Below, piece by piece: positions 1 through 11,200 of a stretch of DNA of 64,000 bases. The translations under genes and the position numbers were made by a program. This DNA is from the human T2T-CHM13v2.0 reference genome, Homo sapiens, in assembly GCF_009914755.1 (NCBI RefSeq), contig NC_060932.1. One strand, given 5' to 3'. The notes below the pieces were generated by a model, which was not told the DNA's origin, searched no databases, and saw only the letters and a list, made by a program, of their open reading frames with translations. Position 1 is the stretch's first letter, and the number at the start of each line of letters is the position of its first letter.

Positions 1-1280
1 TCCTGGTGTAGGTATTTATTAAATGACAAATCTACTCTAACATTCCAGTCTCTTTAAGCCTTTGAATCCCTTCCTTAAAATTAAGCCAAAGAAGGTCAGG
101 CGTTTCCAATTTGCTTATGGTGGGACACCTTTTGATTCATGTTTTAGCCAACCAACCAACCAAACTGTTAGAGCCCTTTCTAACTTTGTGAGATACAACA
201 TTAAATGCAGACTTTCTGCTTAGTGAGCCCACATCAATATTTTCAAACTGATCGAACTTTCTATTCTTTCCATAATTATCCCACAACCTTAATATCCATT
301 CCCATACATGTTCCTTGATTTTCTACTTATGTAAATTAAATAACTCAAGTAGTTCTTTTGGACTTTGTACCTCACCTTTGGGGGTCTGCTGGGATTTGAG
401 TCTAGTTATAAGTCTAGAAGCAAAGACAGGTGCTGGGAGTGGGTCGGGGGGGGGGGGGGAAATCAGCATGTCTTGCATGGTAACTGCTTCAGGTATGGCT
501 ATAACTATAAATATTTCCTTAGGCAATGCAGGTTTAGTTCCCTAACATGGAGGTGAAAAGGCCAATACCACTGTGGGTGGGGAGGGCACTATCCACCAGG
601 GGTGGGGAATGCCACTGCTGTGTCAGAGAAGACTCATCAGAATGTAGGAGCTAAATGTTCCCAGCTTCATCAGTGTCTTCACACATGTCCTCCTCCTAAC
701 TTATATTATCCCATTCTTTCTCAATTAATGCCCTTACTTTAATAGCAGACACCTTGTGAGACTGAAAGCTCAACTTTAAATTTCAATTCAGCCAATTGCA
801 GGATGAGGTTCTGTGTTTCATTTTCTGCAATTTCAGCCCTGCAGCTACAGTAGATAAGGCTTTTCCTCAGGACACATTTAGAAATTCTAAGGTCATTTGT
901 GCAGTGCTCGAGCTGAAAATTTGAATGCCCGAGCTCACTTTTTTCTTTCACCACTTTGTCCAGCAATATTAGAAGCAAGCAACCAATGTCATTACATTTT
1001 TGTTTTCCAAAAATGTTCAAAAGTATCATATACAGAGTCACTTGCCTTCTCACTTCTTATAAGTGATTAATTAGGGGTATTCAGTGCAGAGAATTTTGCA
1101 TTTCTATAAACAGTTTACTCCATGAACTATCAGTGCTCTTTTAACTAATGGAAATAGCCATTTGTGTCTTTAAAGAGTTTAGAAAGACAATTGCAGAAAT
1201 TTCAGAACCAATTCTGAAAATTCTCATCCTTAAAATTTTGTTACACTAGAACCTCTAAAACTACTCTTGGTACCATCATC
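1..1280 (-). mobile_element. HERV-L/ERVL internal region (leader and degenerate gag), continuing beyond the left edge
   Basis: Abuts the MLT2 LTR. The minus strand reads TGGTACCAAGAGTAG from 1275, a Leu-type ERVL PBS. Minus-strand ORF fragments (PPPPDPLPAPVFASRLITRLKSQQTPKGEVQS; SCRAEIAENETQNLILQLAEL) resemble HERV-L gag. Confidence 0.85.
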
Positions 1281-1847
1281 TGTATTAGTCAGAGTTCTCC
1301 AGAGGAATGAAACAAATAGGAGAGATAGATAGATGGATAGATAGATAGATAGATGTAGATGATAATTATAGATAAATATAGATGATGATGATGATGATGA
1401 AGATAGATAGATAGATAGATAGATAGTAGTATAATAGGGAACTTATTAGGGAAATTGGCTCATATAATTATTGAAGCTGATCCATTCCATGATCTGCCAT
1501 CTATAAGATGAAGAACCAGGAAAACCGATGATGTAATTCAGACTGAGCCTGAAGGCCTGAGAACCAGGGGTGCTGACGTTTGAGGGTCAGAGAAGATGGA
1601 TGTCCCAGATCAAACAGAGAGAGCAAATTCATCCACTCTCCATTTTATGGTTCTTTCTGGGCCCTCCCTTGACTGATTGCATAACACCTTCCCACATTGG
1701 TGAGGGTAATATTGTTTACTCAGTTGGCTCATTCAAATGTTAATGTCTTCTGGAAACAACCTCATAGACACAACCAGACATAATGTTTACCACTTATGTG
1801 GGCATCCCTTAACTCAGTCAAGTTGACACATAAAATTAATCATCATA
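1281..1847 (-). mobile_element. MLT2B-family LTR (5' LTR of the ERVL element)
   Basis: Ends in CAGTCAAGTTGACACATAAAATTAATCATCATA, the reverse complement of the MLT2 start, and begins TGTATTAGTCAGAGTTCTCCAGA. Contains the simple-repeat tract typical of MLT2. Confidence 0.9.
1322..1426. repeat. Compound (GATA)n/(GAT)n microsatellite inside the MLT2 LTR
   Basis: GATAGATA and GATGATGAT runs are directly visible. Confidence 0.9.
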
Positions 1848-2949
1848 CTAACATAAAGTGAATTTAAAAGAAGCTGTAATCACTTTTGAGGATGGGTTTG
1901 GTGAAGGCCTGGAGTTTTCTTGCTTGACATTTTACAAAAGGTATCTTTCAAGTGCAATAAGCATTAAAGGGATCAAGTTCATAAGAAGCTGGGAACCTAC
2001 TTACACTTATATAAGATGGTAATGATATTTATCATTGCCTAGGCAGTTATTTACCCTGGAGATAATATTTTTAGGGAACTGATATGAGTTAATCCTATGT
2101 GCAAAAGCTGGCAGGTAGGGTGAGTATGGCTACATGTGTGGAGGGAAGTAATGTGGGTGACACTGGATGAGTGGTTGAAATATTTGATATTAAAAATCCA
2201 CCATATGCTATAGAAACTTTACTTCTGCTACCTCATTGTTTTTCAGTCCTGTGGGAGGGTTTCATGCATTTGGAGCACATCTTAAAATGCAAATATCTAT
2301 GTACACTATGCCAGGTACTGGTGGATAGATATGTAAGTTCACCATCACCGACAAGACCATTTAACTAAGTTTAACTTGATTCTGTTTAGCTCTGCTTAGT
2401 TATAAATATATTTACAAGACAGATTCATTCTTAGGACTATTCATTAATTTGTATAACATATTCTGTTAGCACCTACCGTATTGTGTATTGGGTTATGGAT
2501 ACATACAAATGAACAATGCATTGTGTTTTAGAAGCAACCATGATTTGAACATATAACAGATTAATTAAGGTTCTGGAATAGGAGTTTAAAGAGAATACTA
2601 TGGGAGTGGAAGGCTGTGACAGAAGGTAGAGGGAAAATATGAAATTGAACACAACATGGTTTCTGTCCTAGAAAGGAAATAAAGAATCTTAGCAGAGGGA
2701 CAAGCACAGCATATCCCTATCCCAAATGTTCCATGGCCTACCTAAAGTAACTTTACGTAACTATGAGATCCCTACTATGTGCCGGCTTTAAAGTATTCCT
2801 GATTAACTAAGACCCTAAGACTGAGAACTTCTCCTCAAGAAACTCATTATCTAGATTTGAATAGGAACTTTCAATGATGATATCCAAGGATCTTGCATTT
2901 GTCTTAAACCACTCTTATTAGCTTTGCTTAAAGCCAACTTGAAATCTGA

Positions 2950-3110
2950 AAAGCTAGAGTGACCTTGGGCAAGTTATTTAATCGCTCCAAGACTCCAGAT
3001 CTGAGAAATAGAAATGATAGCACCTTTGTTGGGGTTTGTTAGGATTAAATTACCTAATACACAGGAGGGATAGCACAGTGCCTAGTATATAATAAACACT
3101 CAATATAGTG
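2950..3110 (+). mobile_element. MIR SINE fragment
   Basis: MIR core GTGACCTTGGGCAAGTTATTTAA and 3' end CACAGTGCCTAGTATATAATAAACACTCAATA. Confidence 0.75.
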
Positions 3111-3829
3111 GCTCTGCTACTGATTTTCACATAATTGGACTTTTGTTCTTTCCCAAATATTGCCCAATAGTTTTCAAATTTCCAAATAACTTTGAATTTT
3201 CCAAATAACTTTGCTCATCTTATTCCTCTTTCACAGTGAAGTCCATTACTTATATCTGCCAAACTTGTACTTACCCTTTAAAGACCACAATGGGCTCTCA
3301 GATATGGTAAACAAAATTTAATGTACCTCTGCCAATAAGAAATGAATATTTATTCTTAAAGCAGCTCTAAGATAACTTTGAAGAAGCTATCTTGCTTATT
3401 TGTTATTAAGATGTGACATCGACATCTACTCAGGAGAAAAGAGAGAATTTACCAAATGTTTGAGGTGTCCCAATAATGTAGGGGCACTCAAGAAGACACA
3501 ACCAAAATACCTGATGCTCTAAGAAGTTTCAATTATACATACTCTATCAAGATATCAGCTAGTTATGTTATGAAATAGAAATTAGGGATTAAGTAAAATG
3601 ATATTTTTGCTAGTATTCTCTCTCAAATACCAAACTTTTCTTTTGCAAAAAGAAGGCCTTCTGTAGAAGTGAGATGATGCTTAGGAATAGTGGCTTTGGT
3701 TGAATATTAGGATTACAAGAAACTGGAGAAATGGAGAGATTAATGGGTGAACTAACATTTATTGATTGACTATGAAGTGTCATGCATAATTTCACTAAAT
3801 TCTCAGCCTTAAAACATGGAAATTATCAT

Positions 3830-3960
3830 CTCTGGTTTCATATATTTAGAAACTGAAGTTAATAGAATATAAAGGTCTGCCAAGGCTTGTTGTCAGATCT
3901 AGGAATGAGAAGATTTGAACCTGTGTCAGTAAGACTCTGAACCCATACTTTTTGTACTAT
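3830..3960 (-). mobile_element. MIR SINE fragment
   Basis: GAAACTGAAG...CCAAGG...GATTTGAACC...GACTCTGAACCCATACT matches reverse MIR. Confidence 0.55.
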
Positions 3961-4284
3961 CTCATTTCTTCCTCTTGTTTTCAACAACTCAGAAATGAAG
4001 AATCAATTTCTATTCTCTGTCCTTATACTATATTTTCTTTGTACCTTCAGAGTAAAATGGGATGTGGCTCAGAGGAGGGAAAGAGGAGGTTTAAGTGGCA
4101 CTGTGTGGGTCAGAAGCACTCTCAAGGTGTCCTTATCCTTTTTGCATTTCCCCCAATCTTTTCATTGGAATGTGATTTGAAAGGAATTAGAGTAGTCCTC
4201 CTGTACTAATTTTTATTGCTCACTGCAGGGCTACAGGGATGTTTACTCTACACAGTATGCCTCTTCCCTGATGCCCTTCATATC

Positions 4285-4852
<568 letters not shown>

Positions 4853-7069
4853 TGACATGGTTTTTCTGTGTCCTCACCCAAATTTCATCTTGAATTGTAA
4901 CTCCCACAGTTCCCATGTGTCATGGGAGGAACCTGGTGGGAGGTGATTGAATCGTGGGGGCGGGTCTTTCCTGTGCTGTTCTCGTGTTGGTGGGTGAGTG
5001 CCACGAGATCTGATGGTTTCAAAAAGGGGAGTTTCCCTGCACAAGCTCTCCCTTTGCCTGCTGCCCTCCTTGTAAGATGTGACTTACTCCTCCTTGCTTT
5101 CTGCCATAATTGTGAGGCTTCCTCAGCCAAGTGGAACTGTAAGTCCATTTAACCTCTTTCTTGTGTAAATTGCCCAGTCTCAGGTATGTCTTTATCAGCA
5201 GTGTGAAAATGGACTAATAGAGTAAATTGGTACCAGGAGCAGGGCACTGCTGAAAAGATACCTGAAAATGTGAAAGCAGCTTTGGAACAGGGTAACAGGC
5301 AGAGGTTGGAACAGTTTGGAGGGTTCAGAAGAAGACAGGAAAATGTGGGAAAGTTTGGAACTTTCTAGAGACTTATTGAATAGCTTTGCCCAAAAAGCTG
5401 ATAGTGAGTGATGTGAACAATAAAGTCCAAGCTGAGGTGTTCTCAGATGGAAATGAGGAACTTGTTAGGAACTGGAGCAAAGGTGACCCTTGTTATGTTT
5501 TAGCAAAGAGACTGGTGGCATTTTGCCCCTGCCCTAGAGATTTGTGAAAATTTGAACTTGAGAGAGATGATGTGAGGTATCTGATGGAAGAAATTTCTAA
5601 GCAGCAAAGCATTCAAGAGGTGACTTGGGTGCTGTTAAAGGCATTCAGTTTTAAAAGGATAACAGAGCATACAAGTTCAGAAAATTTGCAGCCTGACAAT
5701 GCGATAGACAAGTAAATCCCATTTTCTGAAGAGAAATTCAAGCCAGCTGCAGAAATTTGTATAAGTAACGAGGAGCTGAATGTTAATCTCCAAGACACCC
5801 AGGGTCCCCATGCTGTATGCAGCGTAGAGACTTTGTGCCCTGTGTCACACCGACTCCAGCCATGGCTGACAGGGACTAATGTAGAGCTTAGACCGTGGCT
5901 TCAAAGGGTGCAAGCCTCAAGCCTTGGCAGCTTCCACATGATGTTCAGCCTGCCACTGCATAGAAATCAATAATTGGGGTTTGGAAACATCTGCCTAGAT
6001 TTCAGAGGATGTATGGAAATGCCTGGATGTCCAGATAGAAGTTTGCTGCAGGGGCAGGGCCCTCATGGGGAACCTCTGCTAGGGCAGTGTGGAAAGGAAA
6101 TGTGGGGCCAGATCCCCCACACAGAGTTCCTACTGGGACACTGCCTAGTGGAGCTGTGAGAAGAGAGCCACCATCCTCCAGACCCTAGAATGGTAGATCC
6201 ACCAACAGCTTGCACCATGCACCTGGGAAAGCCACAGACACTCAATGTCAGCCTGTGAAAGCAGCCGGGAGGGAGGCTCTACTTTGCAATGCCACAGAGG
6301 CAGAGCTGCCAAAGACCATGGGAACCCACCTCTTGAATCAGCATGACCTGGATGTGAGACATGGAGTCAAAGGAGAACATTTTGGCACTTTAAGGTTTGA
6401 CTGTCCTGCTGGATTTTGGACTTGCATGGGCCTGTAGCCCCTTTGTTTTATCCAATTTCTCCCATTTGGAATGGCCGTATTCACCTAATACCTGTACCCC
6501 CATCATATCTGGGAAGTAATTAACTTGCTTTTGATTTTACAGGCTCATTGATGGAAGGGACTTGCCTTGTCTCAAATGAGACCTTGGACTATGGACTTCT
6601 GAGTTAATGCTGAAATGAGTTAAGACTTTGCGGGACTGTTGGGAAGGCATGATTGGTTTTGAAATGTGAGGATAAGAGATTTGGGAGGATCCAGTGGCAG
6701 AATGATATGGTTTGGCTGTGTCCCTGCCCAAATCTCACCTTGAATTGTAACTATCACAATTCCCATGTGTCGTGGGAGGAACCTGATGGGAGGTGACTGA
6801 ATCATGGGAGTGAGTTTTTCCCATGCTGTTCTTGTGATGGTAGGTGAGTCTCACGAGATCTGATGGTTTTAAAAACAGAGTTTCCCTGCTCAAGCTCTCT
6901 CTTTGCCTGCTGCCATTCATGTAAGACATGACTTGTTCCTCCTTGCCTTCCACCATGATGGTGAGGCTTCCCCAGCCACTTGGAACTGTAAGTCCATTAA
7001 ACCTCTTTCTTTTGTAAATTGCTCAGTCTTGGGTATGTCTTTATCAGCCGCATGAAACAGACTAATACA
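4853..7069 (+). mobile_element. Full-length THE1 (THE1B-like) MaLR provirus: LTR 4853-5221, internal 5222-6702, LTR 6703-7069
   Basis: Two THE1 LTRs (TGATATGGTTTGGCTGTGTCCC...GACTAATACA). The internal region starts GTAAATTGGTACCAGGAG. 5-bp TSD CCTCA (4848-4852) / CCTCG (7070-7074). Confidence 0.95.
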
Positions 7070-7121
7070 CCTCGGCATACCGAAATACTGAGATTACAGG
7101 CATAAGCCACCACGCCTGGCC
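7070..7121 (-). mobile_element. AluJ, remainder after the THE1 insertion
   Basis: CCTCGGCATACCGAAATACTGAGATTACAGGCATAAGCCACCACGCCTGGCC continues the Alu exactly where it broke at 4852. Confidence 0.9.
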
Positions 7122-8129
7122 TCTTTTCTTAAATAGAAGTTTCAATAGGCCAGGTTGCAGGAAATTGACCAGGTTACATTTGTTGGAGTGCAAGATCATT
7201 GTGGGCTAAGATGTAACATATCCTTACCTAGCTCTCTCTTTCTTCCTTTTGTCTTAATATGTTGAACAGGCCTCTGTTATAGGTGTCCAGTCAAAATGTA
7301 ATAAGGTCCTAGTATTTGCATTTTCCTTGGAGGGTGGAGTAATCAATGATCCTATTTATTGTGTGAACCTAAGTGAAATGTTCCAAAGCAGCTTTACAAG
7401 AGCTCTGATTTTTAATAACTGTATATGGGCCCAGCTATTAAGAAGAAGTGGTATGGGTTCTCATTTGTCAATTCTTCTTGAGTAAGTACCCCTAAATAAA
7501 CTTGGGCACTAGATGTTGGATGGTTGATGGGATAATACCCAAGAATTCAAGACACCCCTCAATCTCTGCTCTCTGAGATTCCACTTTTGGGAAACCCATT
7601 GTCTGGACTGATATGACACTGAGCAAAAACATCACTGGGAGAAAAACACCAGGGCCTTGAAGGGAGCTCAGTAGGGGGGTAAGAAAATTGGTCTGGTAAC
7701 TGATTCTCCTTCCAGGGTTCTCAAAATGTCCTTAGTTTGTGGGAAAGGGCTGGTTCTGGCATACCAAGCCAACCTAGAAAATGATTTCTGAGCATATGAC
7801 TATGAATAGACAGATTCAAACTTGAAGTTTGGGAATTGGCAGGTATTTAAACAAGTAGAGACATACAGTAGTGGTGAACAAGTGTCCAGCAGAATGGGTA
7901 AGACAAGTGTTCAAAAGAGATTCATGTGGCCACAATAAAATAATAGTGCTGATGGGGTAGGAGGGCTTTATAATGCTTTCTTTTCCATCTGGAGTTTGAG
8001 AAGAAGGGCTACACTTATTTGGGTTGAGTGAACCCTTGACTTCTTTGGATAATGTATATTTGTAAAGAGAGGCATGTGAGAATTCAACCAATTAGTGGAA
8101 ATCATAAAAAATGTGGTTTCATCTATATC

Positions 8130-8268
8130 TTAAGTTGGTAGAGCAGGTCAGGCAGGTTACTTTGAATCTATAGTACCTGTAAAGCAGCTAAGTAAAGATA
8201 TTGAGGAGGAAATAGCATAAATGAGAATGTCCAGAGAGAGATTAAAATTGAAAATAGAGACTTAAGAG
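8130..8268 (-). mobile_element. Probable L2 fragment
   Basis: Purine-rich text resembling reverse L2 (TTTGAATCT...AGATATTGAGGAGG...GAGAGAGATT...AGAGACTTAAGAG). Confidence 0.4.
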
Positions 8269-8269
8269 G

Positions 8270-11200
8270 CTTATTCTCTTCCTATTTGCATGTCTTTTAT
8301 TTCTTTCTCTTGCCTCATTGCTCTGGTATTTTTTTTTTCTCTTGCCTGATTGCTCATAGATCTCCGAGGACTATGCTGAAAAGGAGTCATAAGAGTGAGC
8401 AACCTTGTCTTGTTCTAGTTATCAAGAGAAATGCTTCCAGTTTTTCCCATTCAGTATGATGTGGTTGTGGGTTTGTCATAGATGGCTCTTATTATCTTAA
8501 GATATATTCCTTTGATATTTAGTTTCCTGTGGGTTTTCATCATGAAATGATGTTGGGTTTTATTGAAAGCTTTCTTTGTGTCCATTGGGATGATCATATG
8601 ATTTTTGGTTTTAATTCTGTTTATGTAGTGAGTCACATTTATTGATATGTGTTTTGTTGAACCAAACTTATAATCAAGGATGAAGCCAACTTGATCGTGG
8701 TGAATTAACTTTTTGATGTACTATTGGATTCAGTTTGCTAGTATTTTGTTGGAGATTTTTATGTCTTTGTTCGTAAGGGATATTGACTTTTAATTTTCTT
8801 TTTTTGTTGTGTCTTTCTAGGTTTTGGTACTAGGGTGATGCTGGCTACACAGAATGAGCTAGGAATGAGTCCCATCCCCTTGATTTTTTGAAATAGTTTC
8901 AGTATAACTGGTGCTGGTTCTTTTTTGTACATCCGGTAGAATACGGCTGTGAAACCATCTGGTTTAGAACTTTTTTGGTTGGTAGGTTTTTTATTACTGA
9001 TTCAATTTCAGAACTTGATATTGATCTGTTCACAATTTCAATTTCTTCCTGATTCAATCTTGGGAGATCATGTGTCTCCAATAACGTATCCATTTCCTCT
9101 AGATTTTCTAGTTTGTGTGCATAGAGATGTTCATGATAATCTCAGAGGAACTTTTGTTATTTCTATGGGATTGGTTATAATGTCACCTTTGTTGTTTTTT
9201 TACTGTGCATATCGAATCATCTCTTTTTTTTGCTAATCTAGCTAGAATTCATTGATCTTGTATATTCTTTCAAAAATCAAACTTTTGGTTTTATTGGTTC
9301 TTTGTATGGATTTTTGGTCTAATTTCATTTAGTTCTCCTCTGATTTTAATTATTTATTTTATTCTGCTACCTTTGGGGTTCGTTTGCTCTTGTTTTTCTA
9401 GTTCCTCTAAGTGTGATGTTAGGTCATTAATTTGAGATCTTTCCAACTTTTTGAGATAGGCATTTAGTACTACAAACTTGACTCTTGCTTTTGTGCTACA
9501 AACTTGTTCTTTTGCTTTAGCACTTCTTTTGTTCAGTGCTATAAACTTGATGATTTTTTATTTATCCCAGAGATTTTGAAATGTTATATCTCTGTTTTAA
9601 TTTTATTTCAAAGAATTATTTGATTTTTGCCTTAATTTTATTGTTTACTTAAAAGTCTTGTGGGAGAAAGTTGTTTTTTTCCATATAATTATGTGGTTTT
9701 GAGAGCTGTTCTTGGTATTAATTTCTATTTTTTACTCTGCTGTATTCTGAGAGTATGGCTGGTATGATTCAGTTTTTTTTAAATTTATTGAGACTTGCTT
9801 TATGGCTGCATATGTGGTCAATCTTGGACTATATTATGTGTACACATTCGAAGAATGCATAGTCTGTAGTTCATGGGTGTAGTAGTCTGTAGATGTTTAT
9901 TGGGAACAATTGGTCAAGTGTCGGGTTTAAGTCCAGAATATCTTTGTTTTATGACTCAGTGATCTGTCTAATGCTCAGTGAGATTCTGAGATATACCACT
10001 GTTATTGTGTGGTTGTCTACATCTTTTCATAGATGTAGAGGTACTTGTTTTATAAATCTGGGTATTCCAATATTGAGTGCATATATATTTAGGATAGTTA
10101 AGCCTTCTGGTTGAATTTAATACTTTATCATTACATAATGTCATTGTTTGTCCCTTTTTACTGTAGTTGGTTTATAGTCTGTTTTATCTGATATAAGAAT
10201 AGTAACCTCTGCTCTTTTTTGTTTTCCATTTCTGTGGTAGAGTTTTTATTCCAACCCTTTACTTTGAGCCTATGGGTATCATTACATGTGAGATGAGTCT
10301 CTTGAAGACGGTACACAGGTGTATCTGTATTTTTTTTTTTATCTGACTTGCCACTCTGTGACTTTTAAGTTGGACATTTAGACCATTTACATTCCAGGTA
10401 AATATTGATATGTCAGTCTTTGATCCTATCATAAAGTTGTTAGCTGGTTGCTTTGTACCTTTCATTGTGTGGTTGCTTTATAGAGTCTGTGGGCTATGTA
10501 CCTACGTGCATTTTTGTGGCAACAGTTACTGTTCTTTCATTTCCATGTTTAAAACTCCCTTAAGGATCTCTTGCAAGGCTGCTCTAGTGGTAACAAATTC
10601 CCTTAGTACTAGCTTGTCTGGAAAAGATTTTATTTCTCTTTTGCCTCTGAAGCTTAGTTTGGCAGGACATGATATTCTTGGTTGGAATTTTTTCTTTAAG
10701 AATGCTGAAAATAGGCCCCCAATATCTCCAGGCTTATAAGGTTTCTGCTGAGTTCACTGTTAGCCTTGTGAGGTTCTGTTTATATGTGATATCACATGCT
10801 TTTCTAGCTGCCTTTAAGATTTTTTCTTTATTGTTGATCTCAGATAGTCTGGTGAGCATAGCCTTGGTGATATTAATTTTGTGTAGTATCTCATAGATGT
10901 TCTCTGGATTTCTTGTATATGGATATCTACTTCTCTAGCAAATTTTCTTGAATTATTTCCTCAAATATGTTTTCCTGATTATTTACTTATTTTCCTGCTC
11001 TCTTAGGAATGCCAATAATTTGTAGGTTTGGTCACTTTAATCATCCCATATTTCTCAAAGACTTGTTTATTTTATACAATTCTCTCTTCTTTGTTTTTGA
11101 TTGAGTGGGTTAGCTCAAACAAACCGTCTTCAAGTGAGAAATTCTTTCCTCTGTTTGGTCCAATCTATAGATAAATGTTTCTATTCTATTTTGAAATTCC

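Noticed and set aside
4940-6810. DUX4 sites in the THE1 LTRs
   Set aside because: Both copies (TGATTGAATCG, TGACTGAATCA) deviate from the TAAYYBAATCA consensus.
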